A stretch of DNA of 30,316 nucleotides from contig JBHLRO010000015.1 of assembly GCA_048882505.1 (NCBI GenBank), positions 64,391-94,706 on the forward strand, written 5' to 3'. Positions 9,271-16,797 of this stretch are shown one piece after another; positions within the stretch are counted from its first letter, which is position 1, and the number at the start of each line of letters is the position of its first letter. Below the pieces are notes generated by a model that was not told the DNA's origin, made no database searches, and saw nothing but the letters and a program-made list of their open reading frames with translations. Source of the DNA: Candidatus Thorarchaeota archaeon (lineage in GTDB: Archaea; Asgardarchaeota; Heimdallarchaeia; Hodarchaeales; Hodarchaeaceae). Both the position numbers and the translations under genes were made by a program.

Positions 9271-10203
9271 ATGAGCCGTTCTTTAATGTCATTAACGATA
9301 CTCAAGATCTTCAAACAATTGAAACCTATTGATTTTCGGGTTCTTTCTGTTGTAGAGATTTTAATGGCAAAATATGAGGCAGTCCCTGTAGAAGAAATCG
9401 GGGGATATCTGAATTACACCGAAAAACGGATTGCTTCTCAGTTAAATAGATTACGAAGGTTAAAACTACTGACATTGTCTCAACAACATTATTTAGGAAC
9501 GAGGTTAACCTTTAAGGGCTATGATGCCTTGGCCCTTAAAGCCTTGGTTGAACAGGGAGTACTCGCCCAGGTAGGACCAGAAATAGGAGCAGGAAAGGAA
9601 AGTAATATCTATTTGGCGGTGAATGACGATGGCCATGAATTTCTCGTCAAGTTTCATCGCCTTGGAAAACTGAATTTCCGGTTTACCAGAAAGGCTCGGC
9701 ATTTCATTGCAGATAAAGGCCATCTTTCCCCACTCTATCAAAGTCGATTATCGGCACAACGGGAATTCACGGCATTGTCACGGCTACACGAGGCTGGGGT
9801 TAAGGTTCCACGTCCAGTGGGTCATAATCGCCATGTTGTTGCCATGGAAAAGGTAATTGGGACTGACCTATATCGGATCAAGAAAGGGGAACTGGAACCT
9901 GAAGCCATTCAGGCACTGATTAACAATATCGTTGAAGAGGTAACCAAAGCAGTCAAGCTGGGATTTGTCCACGGAGATCTTAGTGAATATAACATCCGTT
10001 TAAATGAAGAGGGTTATCCTGTGTTATTCGATTGGCCACAATATGTGGAACCCACTTTCGACCAGGCTGAGACAATTCTTGAACGAGATATACAAGGAAT
10101 ATTCAGATATTTCACACGCAAATACCAGATTGAACTCTCGCTTCAATGGCGGGAAGTTTTGGCAAATCTAAAGACGGTGTTAATTCAATATGACGAATCA
10201 TAA
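9271..10203 (+). CDS. rio2: RIO2-family atypical Ser/Thr kinase with N-terminal winged helix
   Basis: Y.G.RLTFKGYDALAL, IGAGKESNIY, KFHRLG, SRLSAQREF, VHGDLSEYNI and FDWPQ motifs. Confidence 0.93.
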   Translation: MSRSLMSLTILKIFKQLKPIDFRVLSVVEILMAKYEAVPVEEIGGYLNYTEKRIASQLNRLRRLKLLTLSQQHYLGTRLTFKGYDALALKALVEQGVLAQVGPEIGAGKESNIYLAVNDDGHEFLVKFHRLGKLNFRFTRKARHFIADKGHLSPLYQSRLSAQREFTALSRLHEAGVKVPRPVGHNRHVVAMEKVIGTDLYRIKKGELEPEAIQALINNIVEEVTKAVKLGFVHGDLSEYNIRLNEEGYPVLFDWPQYVEPTFDQAETILERDIQGIFRYFTRKYQIELSLQWREVLANLKTVLIQYDES

Positions 10204-10295
10204 TCATAGGATGTAGGCTCACTATTCGAAAAGAATTTCAACGTGCAGATGAGATTCGGACAAGAATCGCTATTCATTTTCTTTCGTGATTTTTT

Positions 10296-12515
10296 TTGGA
10301 CCAGTCTTCACCCATTATCTTCGGTTTAGACATTTTAACGCACGGAAAGCGTGAAAGTAGGGAAAAAAAATCTTCCGTTTTTTCATTGGCTGTATTACAA
10401 AATCTACATCTTGAAATACATCCTAAATTAAGCAGACGCGCTTTGTTTTCTAAAATTATAGCCCTGAAGCCAGATTTCCTGGCAATGGACAATATTTTCG
10501 AACTATCCCCCAATGCCCAAGGTATTATTCGACTACTGGGAAAAATTCCGGCAACTACAACCTTGGTTCAGGTGACTGGGAATCCACGTACTGGTATGGA
10601 AAAACTCACCACGTTGGCAAGAAAAAATCACCTCAATAAGACATTAAGCTTTCATTTCAACTCTCGTAAATTAACCTCAGTAGAATCAGCGGAAGTTTGT
10701 GCCAGATTATGTCAAAGGCGTGTTGGTCACGAAATTGTGGCATTTGAAGAGGAAATCCGAATCGCTGTTTCCCGAAAGAAAAGTTCCAGACGAGGTGGCC
10801 AGAGTGCGCCCCGTTATGAACGGAATTCACGAATTGCGGTTACTCAGGCTGCGGGGGAAGTGGAAAGAATTTTACGTGATAAAAAGGCGTCCTGGGAACT
10901 CTTTGAGTACCCACAAAGACGCGTATACATTGTACAGGTAGAAAAACGGGATCTGGCTCAAATTCAGGCAGTTCTAAAATCCTTAACAACAGAGTTGGTT
11001 AAGGTCAAACTAGAACGTATCACGAAATCTACGTTGGATTTCAAACCCTTGGATGTTGCAGTAGCACCTGGCACGCGACCGCTGAGAAACGTGATTCTTG
11101 GGATTGATCCTGGCACTACTACAGGAATTGCGGTCATAGATCTAATGAAAGGGAGGGTATTATTTCTAGGTTCAAAACGTGAGTGTGGGATCTCAGAAAT
11201 CATTCGAGAGGCCTCAAAGCATGGTAAAATATCCTGTGTTGCGGCGGATGTGACCCCAGCTCCAGCTACAGTAGAGAAAGTGGCCCGAATGACAGGAGCG
11301 CGATTAATTATGCCTCCTAACCTCGCATCGGCTTCTCAAAAGCGCGAATATCTGCAAAGTTATCGAGATTTAACTGTTAATTATGGCCGGCTGAATAATC
11401 ACGAACGGGATGCCCTTTACGGGGCCTTACGCGCCTTTAATTCCTTGAAGGAACAATTAGGCAGAATCCAAAAAAGCATAGACGAATCAGCTCCGCATCT
11501 ATTGACAGAACTGCCCGAATTGCAACGTTTGGTATTGGCAGGAAATTCAGTTGCAGCTGCTATCGATGTTGTACAAGAAAAAATAAACACACGCGGGCCA
11601 CCTCTTGTGGAAACCAAGCAAGATGGCATTATTATCTCCCTACGACATGAAAACAGTCAATTACAGAACAAGATTGATGCCGTTTATGAGGAACTACATA
11701 AGCTTGATCAAGAAGTTACTTTTTGGCGGCAGAAGGCTCGTAAACTAACCACAGAGCTGAAGCGGATTCGGGGCGAGCAGGAACGGCGGCGACTTAAACG
11801 TTCAAAGGATATGCAAAAACTGATTTCTGAAGCAGTCAAAAGAGAAGTGGGGCGAATTCAGGAGGAAAACCTCAATATTCGTCGTCAACTCCGCCAAAAC
11901 AAGGTGGAAATGGGGAAACTACGCCAAATCAAAAATTTTTGGATGGAAGGACGTGAAATCCCTTTAAAGGTTCTAAAGACATTCTCAGATGACGCCATAC
12001 GCGAAACCATTAAAAAATTTGGAGTTAACGAAGGAGATATTGTTTTAGTTTTGGATCCAAGTGGTGGGGGGGCACAAACTGCTCAAAAAATTATCGATCT
12101 CGGAATTAGGGGGGTTCTTGTTCCTGAAGAAGCCTCCAAGTTTAGTGATCAGGCCTTAAGAGCCTTTGAGGATAACTGTATACCTTTTCTTCAACTTCCA
12201 TTGAGAAATTTCTCGAATAGAAACCTTGTATATGATCCACAGGATCCTGTTTTGGAATTACTGGTGTACGATGGCGTATATCTTACTGATATCGCCATCA
12301 AAGAGGAAATTCGCAAACGGGAATTAAAACTTCGAGAGAGATTACGCTTAAAACGCCTTGCAATGGCTACACCTAAATCATCCTTGCTCAATGAGACCAC
12401 AGAGGATAAAGATCTTGATATAGATCGTCTGTTAACCGAATTTAAGGATGATTATGAACGCCAACATGGTGAATCCAATGATATATCCTTGAAGGATAGC
12501 GAAGAAGAAGAATAA
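10296..12515 (+). CDS. DUF460 / COG2433-type archaeal RNase H-fold (RuvC/YqgF-like) protein with long coiled coil
   Basis: N-terminal IFGLDI...LAMDNIFEL and LVQVTG; central ILGIDPGTTTGIAVIDL, VAADVTPAP and HERDAL; coiled coil; C-terminal V.DPSGGG domain. Confidence 0.82.
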   Translation: MDQSSPIIFGLDILTHGKRESREKKSSVFSLAVLQNLHLEIHPKLSRRALFSKIIALKPDFLAMDNIFELSPNAQGIIRLLGKIPATTTLVQVTGNPRTGMEKLTTLARKNHLNKTLSFHFNSRKLTSVESAEVCARLCQRRVGHEIVAFEEEIRIAVSRKKSSRRGGQSAPRYERNSRIAVTQAAGEVERILRDKKASWELFEYPQRRVYIVQVEKRDLAQIQAVLKSLTTELVKVKLERITKSTLDFKPLDVAVAPGTRPLRNVILGIDPGTTTGIAVIDLMKGRVLFLGSKRECGISEIIREASKHGKISCVAADVTPAPATVEKVARMTGARLIMPPNLASASQKREYLQSYRDLTVNYGRLNNHERDALYGALRAFNSLKEQLGRIQKSIDESAPHLLTELPELQRLVLAGNSVAAAIDVVQEKINTRGPPLVETKQDGIIISLRHENSQLQNKIDAVYEELHKLDQEVTFWRQKARKLTTELKRIRGEQERRRLKRSKDMQKLISEAVKREVGRIQEENLNIRRQLRQNKVEMGKLRQIKNFWMEGREIPLKVLKTFSDDAIRETIKKFGVNEGDIVLVLDPSGGGAQTAQKIIDLGIRGVLVPEEASKFSDQALRAFEDNCIPFLQLPLRNFSNRNLVYDPQDPVLELLVYDGVYLTDIAIKEEIRKRELKLRERLRLKRLAMATPKSSLLNETTEDKDLDIDRLLTEFKDDYERQHGESNDISLKDSEEEE

Positions 12516-12603
12516 TCATAATTCGTAAGATATGGAGAGACAAAGCTTTTTAGAAGTTGAAAAATGAGGGTGAAAATAAATCAATAGCGGGAAGAAAAAC
12601 CAA

Positions 12604-12822
12604 ATGCCTCAACCATTAGCAGTATTGGAGAAAAATCTCGGGAAAACCATCACAGTGCGCCTTAAAAGCAACCATAATTTCACAGGACGTCTCAAGGTTA
12701 CCGACCAATATATGAATCTAATTTTGCAGGATTGTTCAGAAGTTCAAGACGGTAAGATGACGAAACGGTATGGAAAGGCATTCTTACGGGGGAACAATAT
12801 ATTATTCATAAAATTAGATTGA
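12604..12822 (+). CDS. Sm-like (Lsm) RNA-binding protein
   Basis: 72 aa: PLAVLEKNLGKTITVRLK...GRL...DQYMNLIL (Sm1) and FLRGNNILFI (Sm2). Confidence 0.95.
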   Translation: MPQPLAVLEKNLGKTITVRLKSNHNFTGRLKVTDQYMNLILQDCSEVQDGKMTKRYGKAFLRGNNILFIKLD

Positions 12823-13031
12823 CCATCGCCTGCTGGGCCTATTATTAGCTAATTTTGGACCCTTAAAGCATCAAAAAAGCAAATTATTTGAAATCATCGT
12901 CTAATACACTCACAATCTAGTTGGGGTCCTTGGCCCAGAACGACCTGTTTGGGTTTTTCCTTGTTATCCAATGATTTTAATTCATTGCCATTCACTGATT
13001 TACAATCGAAATTATGATAATTTATGAATTA

Positions 13032-14027
13032 TCATGATAATGACAGTGGCTTTACCCGTCTACGGATGTATTCTTGTCGGTCAAGGATGATTTCTTTGCC
13101 GAAATTACCTGTAACTCCCTTTCTCTCTATTAATAGTGAGGATAGACTTGATCCGAAGGCAATTGCGTCCAATTCATTATGATGAGACACATAATGGGCC
13201 ACGAACGAGTAAAGGAACACATCTCCAGCGCCCGTTTCATCACTAACCATAACATTCTTGTAGGCTGGAATTGAGTGGAAATTGAGATTTCCGGTATCCA
13301 GCGATCTAAATCCCAGTACCGCGCCTTTGGATCCTCGTGTCAAGAGAACAATTCTTGTAGAGGACTCGAGAATCTGTTGAATGGACTGAAGAAGATTATC
13401 TCCTTTTCCTAGGTGCTTGACTTCGATTTCTGAGATTTTCAAGCAATCGACGTGACGCAAGATTTCTGGTTCGAACCATTTTTGGAGGATAATCCGTCCT
13501 TCGGGAGTGAGGAAACGAAAACACCCTTGGGGGTCAAATGCGATAAAGCCTGTGTTTTTCCTCAAAAAACTAAAGATTTTTTCTGAACTAAATTCATGGT
13601 AAACAGATCCAATTACAACCGTCGGAGGAATGTCAAACTTCCACGGAAATTCCGTTGGATCGAATAACTGTGGGGGGTTCCTGAGATAGATCCTTCTCTC
13701 CGAGCTGTTCTTCAGATATTCCAAACGAAATTCAGGACAGGTGTCCCGTATTCTGAGGTTCTTCAATAATGGATTTACGCCGGAAATAGAACGTAAAAGA
13801 TCAATCGCTTTTTGACACGAGTACGCATATACTATTGGAGGGAATGCCCAGGGGAATAGTTGAGAGATGCGAAGACCCGTAATTAGGCTGAATGCAGGAG
13901 GTCCACCAATAGTGAACTTCCTTGGAAGCTGTCGGCTTTCAGAGAAGGAATGCTGATTGGCCTGCTGATGCAATACCGTATCTAATACTATTTGGCCAAT
14001 ACTAATAATCGGCGGAGTTAAGTTCAT
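13032..14027 (-). CDS. PfkB-family carbohydrate kinase (divergent archaeal subgroup)
   Basis: GGPPAF, AFDPQGCFR, LKISEIE, LTRGSKG and DETGAGDVF motifs. Confidence 0.85.
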   Translation of the reverse strand: MNLTPPIISIGQIVLDTVLHQQANQHSFSESRQLPRKFTIGGPPAFSLITGLRISQLFPWAFPPIVYAYSCQKAIDLLRSISGVNPLLKNLRIRDTCPEFRLEYLKNSSERRIYLRNPPQLFDPTEFPWKFDIPPTVVIGSVYHEFSSEKIFSFLRKNTGFIAFDPQGCFRFLTPEGRIILQKWFEPEILRHVDCLKISEIEVKHLGKGDNLLQSIQQILESSTRIVLLTRGSKGAVLGFRSLDTGNLNFHSIPAYKNVMVSDETGAGDVFLYSFVAHYVSHHNELDAIAFGSSLSSLLIERKGVTGNFGKEIILDRQEYIRRRVKPLSLS

Positions 14028-14114
14028 CGAGGGCCCTCACTTCTATGGCCCTTAAGATTATAATCCCGACTAAGGTAATAATTCATGTAAACTCGTAGAA
14101 CAGTGTTCATCCCA

Positions 14115-14275
14115 AGGTTCTTAATAAAGGAAGGTTTATTAAAACTTCATAAACGGGGACATTCTGAACAGTGATTGGGATCACTTCATAGAAAAAAGAC
14201 CAAGGGTTTTCATTCAATACCTGCGTATCGGTTTTTATGAAGGTGGAATAATGGCATTCGCGCTGACCGTTGAAC
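14115..14275 (+). repeat. Left copy of a diverged direct repeat (promoter-like box + leader + first 8 codons of the Roadblock gene)
   Basis: 14115-14143 matches 16201-16229 at 28/29; 14154-14175 matches 16240-16261 at 20/22 with identical spacing; 14251-14274 matches 16343-16366 at 20/24, and both encode MAFALTVE. Confidence 0.9.
14129..14143 (+). promoter_or_regulatory. Putative BRE/TATA promoter (copy 1)
   Basis: Purine-rich GGAAGG followed by TTTATTAAA, ~110 nt upstream of an SD-like GAAGGTGG and ATG 14251. Confidence 0.5.
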
Positions 14276-14337
14276 TTTCTAGCGTTATTCACAGAAAGCG
14301 CTTAAATAATCTAGATAATATGAGAAGTGTTGTCTAA
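14251..14337 (+). pseudogene. Truncated Roadblock/LC7 5' stub (MAFALTVE + 20 unrelated codons)
   Basis: First 8 codons are identical in amino acid sequence to 16343-16366, preceded by an SD-like motif. Homology stops abruptly after GAAC at 14275. Confidence 0.8.
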
Positions 14338-14424
14338 TTCTGGCACTAAAAACCCTGTTTTTTCGTTATTACTAGCCCTTAGAAGCAAACAGTTCTGTCA
14401 CACGATAGTCTTGGATTTGACATA

Positions 14425-15501
14425 TCATTCATGGTAAATCTGTATGACTTGACCATTCAGATTGTTTTCAATAAATATGAAAATACAAAAACACTCGTTT
14501 AGAGACTTCGGATAATAATTCAATATCTTCTCGTCATCTCTGTATTGAATTTTGACCAGTAGTCTCTGATTGTCATCAAAACATACAGTACATCGTTTTA
14601 TAACACGATCATGAAATATATCGAACCTTGTAGCATAAGCCTCTTCGACCTTTAAAAGAGTGTAAATCCATTGTTTAAGTACTTCATAGGAGTTTGTATT
14701 CGGGATTGGCATGAAATGCCCCAATGGTGCATAAACAGCGGGGAATCTTTTTTCAGCTCGATCGTCAAAAAAATGGTTCATCTTCCATTCGACTGTCGAT
14801 ATTTTCTCATGTCTCCAAAGAGGCCTCCCCGTATATTTTAAGGCCGTGTCTCTTTCTGGTCGTTTTTCTCCCAAGTGAAATAGCTGGCATAGGTGTTTAT
14901 AAGACCCCTTTAAAGACAAATCGGGAGACGGATGCTTCTTTTCAACCAAGGTAAGCCTCCCATCCGACCCATAGTTTAAATGACAATATAATGAATTTTC
15001 TATATCTGATCCTTGAAAGATTTGGAAATTGACATTTCCAATAAAATTATCCTGAATGATGCGACGGACTTCATCAATAGAATTCACGAAATCAACATAT
15101 GGTCTAATGATTTCAGGTATCACATATTCCTTCGATATCACCGAACGGTTAAACCTAGACTGCGTAGAATCTGGACTCCATGTTTTGTCAATCCAGTGGA
15201 CACCTGGTACCAGATCGAGGAGATAAGAGTCAGGAGATAGTTTTCTTCCCGATTGTAAAAGTTCCCAATACATCCCTTTTATGTAATAATCATATATACG
15301 GATCTTATCTAAAGTTTCACCTGGTATCATAGAGCTTGCGCCTTTAGGAGACTTAATTGTTAATGCAGAACAATAAGGCGGATTCTCTCCCGTAGCGTAA
15401 CTCTCTTCATACTGCTTCCTGAATTCTGCTAAGTACGCATCCGAAAACGTATCCAAATCAGGTTCCAGATAAAATTCTAAGAAAGAAAACTGTTTTGTCA
15501 T
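14425..15501 (-). CDS. Hypothetical protein (358 aa), possibly containing a central SCP2-like fold
   Basis: Long ORF with ATG start. The segment VNFQIF...YCHLNYGSDGRLTLVEKKHPSPDLSLKGSYKHLCQLFHLG loosely resembles the SCP2 PD.T(L/I).GS pattern. Confidence 0.7.
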   Translation of the reverse strand: MTKQFSFLEFYLEPDLDTFSDAYLAEFRKQYEESYATGENPPYCSALTIKSPKGASSMIPGETLDKIRIYDYYIKGMYWELLQSGRKLSPDSYLLDLVPGVHWIDKTWSPDSTQSRFNRSVISKEYVIPEIIRPYVDFVNSIDEVRRIIQDNFIGNVNFQIFQGSDIENSLYCHLNYGSDGRLTLVEKKHPSPDLSLKGSYKHLCQLFHLGEKRPERDTALKYTGRPLWRHEKISTVEWKMNHFFDDRAEKRFPAVYAPLGHFMPIPNTNSYEVLKQWIYTLLKVEEAYATRFDIFHDRVIKRCTVCFDDNQRLLVKIQYRDDEKILNYYPKSLNECFCIFIFIENNLNGQVIQIYHE

Positions 15502-15749
15502 TCTTCATTCCGGCATTAAAAAAGATATAAGTGTTTTTATAATAATGTGGCTGTTATACATATTGATTGCCCCTTATATAGGGTTTGTCGTGGGTGTAAT
15601 CGTGGTATTTTCTGCTTAAAATCCTCCAAACACCCCTTGACTCGTGTTTTTGGTGCATTTTAATGACTCGACCAGAGGATGAAGGGGAGCCGTCTGCGGG
15701 GTGAATCTGATTGGGATCTGTGATATAACCCTGGTTAGGAGTAGTCCTG

Positions 15750-15923
15750 TTAATTCTTGTGGAACCCTGCTACCATCACCACAAAAAACTTCTCATTTTG
15801 GATAAGTTTGAATAGGATGGCTGTTGAATCTTGGCCCGCGCCAAACGAAAGCAAGGTCAGTCCCTGTTCTGGTTCGGGGACGTTGACGAAATTGGAGAGT
15901 CGGGTTTGACGCTTAATGGCCAT
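15750..15923 (-). pseudogene. N-terminal fragment of a PP-loop (HUP / PAPS-reductase-like) protein
   Basis: ATG at 15923 after GGGGAG gives MAIKRQTRLSNF...LTLLSFGAGQDSTAILFKL (SxGxxDS PP-loop). The frame stops after 57 codons, far too short for the fold. Confidence 0.6.
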
Positions 15924-16200
15924 GGTCAGTTTCTCCCCAGAGGCCGTTCTTCGAGCTTCACCATGGACGGATCTGCCGCCTCTGTTTTCCCAATTCGAAG
16001 CTGATTGAATTTTCATGAAGGAAGGTATTCCACCAGGGAACCCTCGCGGGTATTTGGTGCCCTGAAACATCAGGGGATAGGTGTTCGAGTAGGATATAAG
16101 ATTTAATGTGGAAATTCTTCCTTAATTTCAAGGTAATTGGATGATATAGGTAATTGTCAAGATCCCACACGATTGCCAAGCGAAGGGACAACGGTTCCCT

Positions 16201-16367
16201 AGGTTCTTTATAAAGGAAGGTTTATTAAACACACCCACGCGGGAACATTCTGAACCGTGATGACAAACGCCTTACAGAAAATTTCCGTCCTGTAGGGTTT
16301 ATTTATCAAATAACAGCCTCTAAGGCGTCCAAGGGTGATTTAATGGCATTCGCTTTGACGGTCGAAC
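16201..16367 (+). repeat. Right copy of the diverged direct repeat (functional promoter/leader/start of the Roadblock gene)
   Basis: See left copy. Offset is 2086 bp at the upstream blocks and 2092 bp at the ATG. Confidence 0.9.
16215..16229 (+). promoter_or_regulatory. Putative BRE/TATA promoter (copy 2) of the Roadblock gene
   Basis: GGAAGG-TTTATTAAA, identical to copy 1; SD-like AGGGTGA before ATG 16343. Confidence 0.55.
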
Positions 16368-16777
16368 AGAAGAAGAAACTAATCAAGTTATTACAGGAAA
16401 TAGTCCGTTTTGCAGATCTAGAAGCTCTCGCACTTGTAACAAGAACTGGGATGAGTGTTGCGTTTTTCTCTGAAAAAGATGCAGATCCGGATCTTTTCTC
16501 AGCCTTATCTGCTGCGGTGCTGTCTACTGGTGGGATGGTCGTGGATAGGATGGAGCATGGCCAACTTTGGGAGGTGCTAGTTCGCGGTGAAAGCGGATAC
16601 ACTGTGTTGAGTTCTGCAGAAGATTTCATATTGATCGGAGCATCAAACGAGGCCCACTCGTTGGGGCTCGCAGTTCGGGTCCTTCGACGATACTCTCGTA
16701 AGATTCCCGAGATATTCAAAGAAGAGGAAAAGGACATTAGCTCCTTGGTCTCAGAATTGAAGGATTTACTATCTTAA
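16343..16777 (+). CDS. Roadblock/LC7 (MglB-like) domain protein
   Basis: EALALVTRTGMSVA...LFSALSAAVLSTGGMVVDRMEHGQLWEVLVRGESGYTVL...SLGLA is the typical Roadblock pattern. Confidence 0.9.
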   Translation: MAFALTVEQKKKLIKLLQEIVRFADLEALALVTRTGMSVAFFSEKDADPDLFSALSAAVLSTGGMVVDRMEHGQLWEVLVRGESGYTVLSSAEDFILIGASNEAHSLGLAVRVLRRYSRKIPEIFKEEEKDISSLVSELKDLLS

Positions 16778-16797
16778 AGAAAGCGGAACGACGTATA

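Larger units (their letters stand above)
14276..16367. mobile_element. Putative degenerate integrated island inserted in the 5' end of the Roadblock gene
   Basis: Bounded by duplicated target-gene 5' sequence and carries an orphan gene plus gene fragments. No integrase or transposase is visible, so this call is an inference. Confidence 0.4.

Noticed and set aside
12820-12938. Stem-loop after a TGA stop as a SECIS / selenocysteine read-through signal
   Set aside because: The Sm protein is complete at the TGA, and no AUGA/GA quartet geometry was recognised
14107-14292. 61-aa minus-strand ORF
   Set aside because: Antisense to the duplicated promoter and Roadblock stub; no recognisable features
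14320-15796. ATGAGAAGT at 14320 matching the reverse strand near 15790 as possible terminal inverted repeats
   Set aside because: Only 9 bp, not at the inferred boundaries, and no target-site duplication; consistent with chance
15924-16070. N-terminal 49 codons of the 106-aa ORF 15750..16070
   Set aside because: Not protein-like and overlaps the hairpin cluster. A better SD + ATG lies at 15923.
15958-16191. 77-aa minus-strand ORF with a HAD-like motif (IVWDLDNYLYHP)
   Set aside because: Far too short for a HAD fold and lacks the later motifs. The motif overlaps a 9-bp DNA direct repeat, so it may be chance or a small remnant; not called as a feature.
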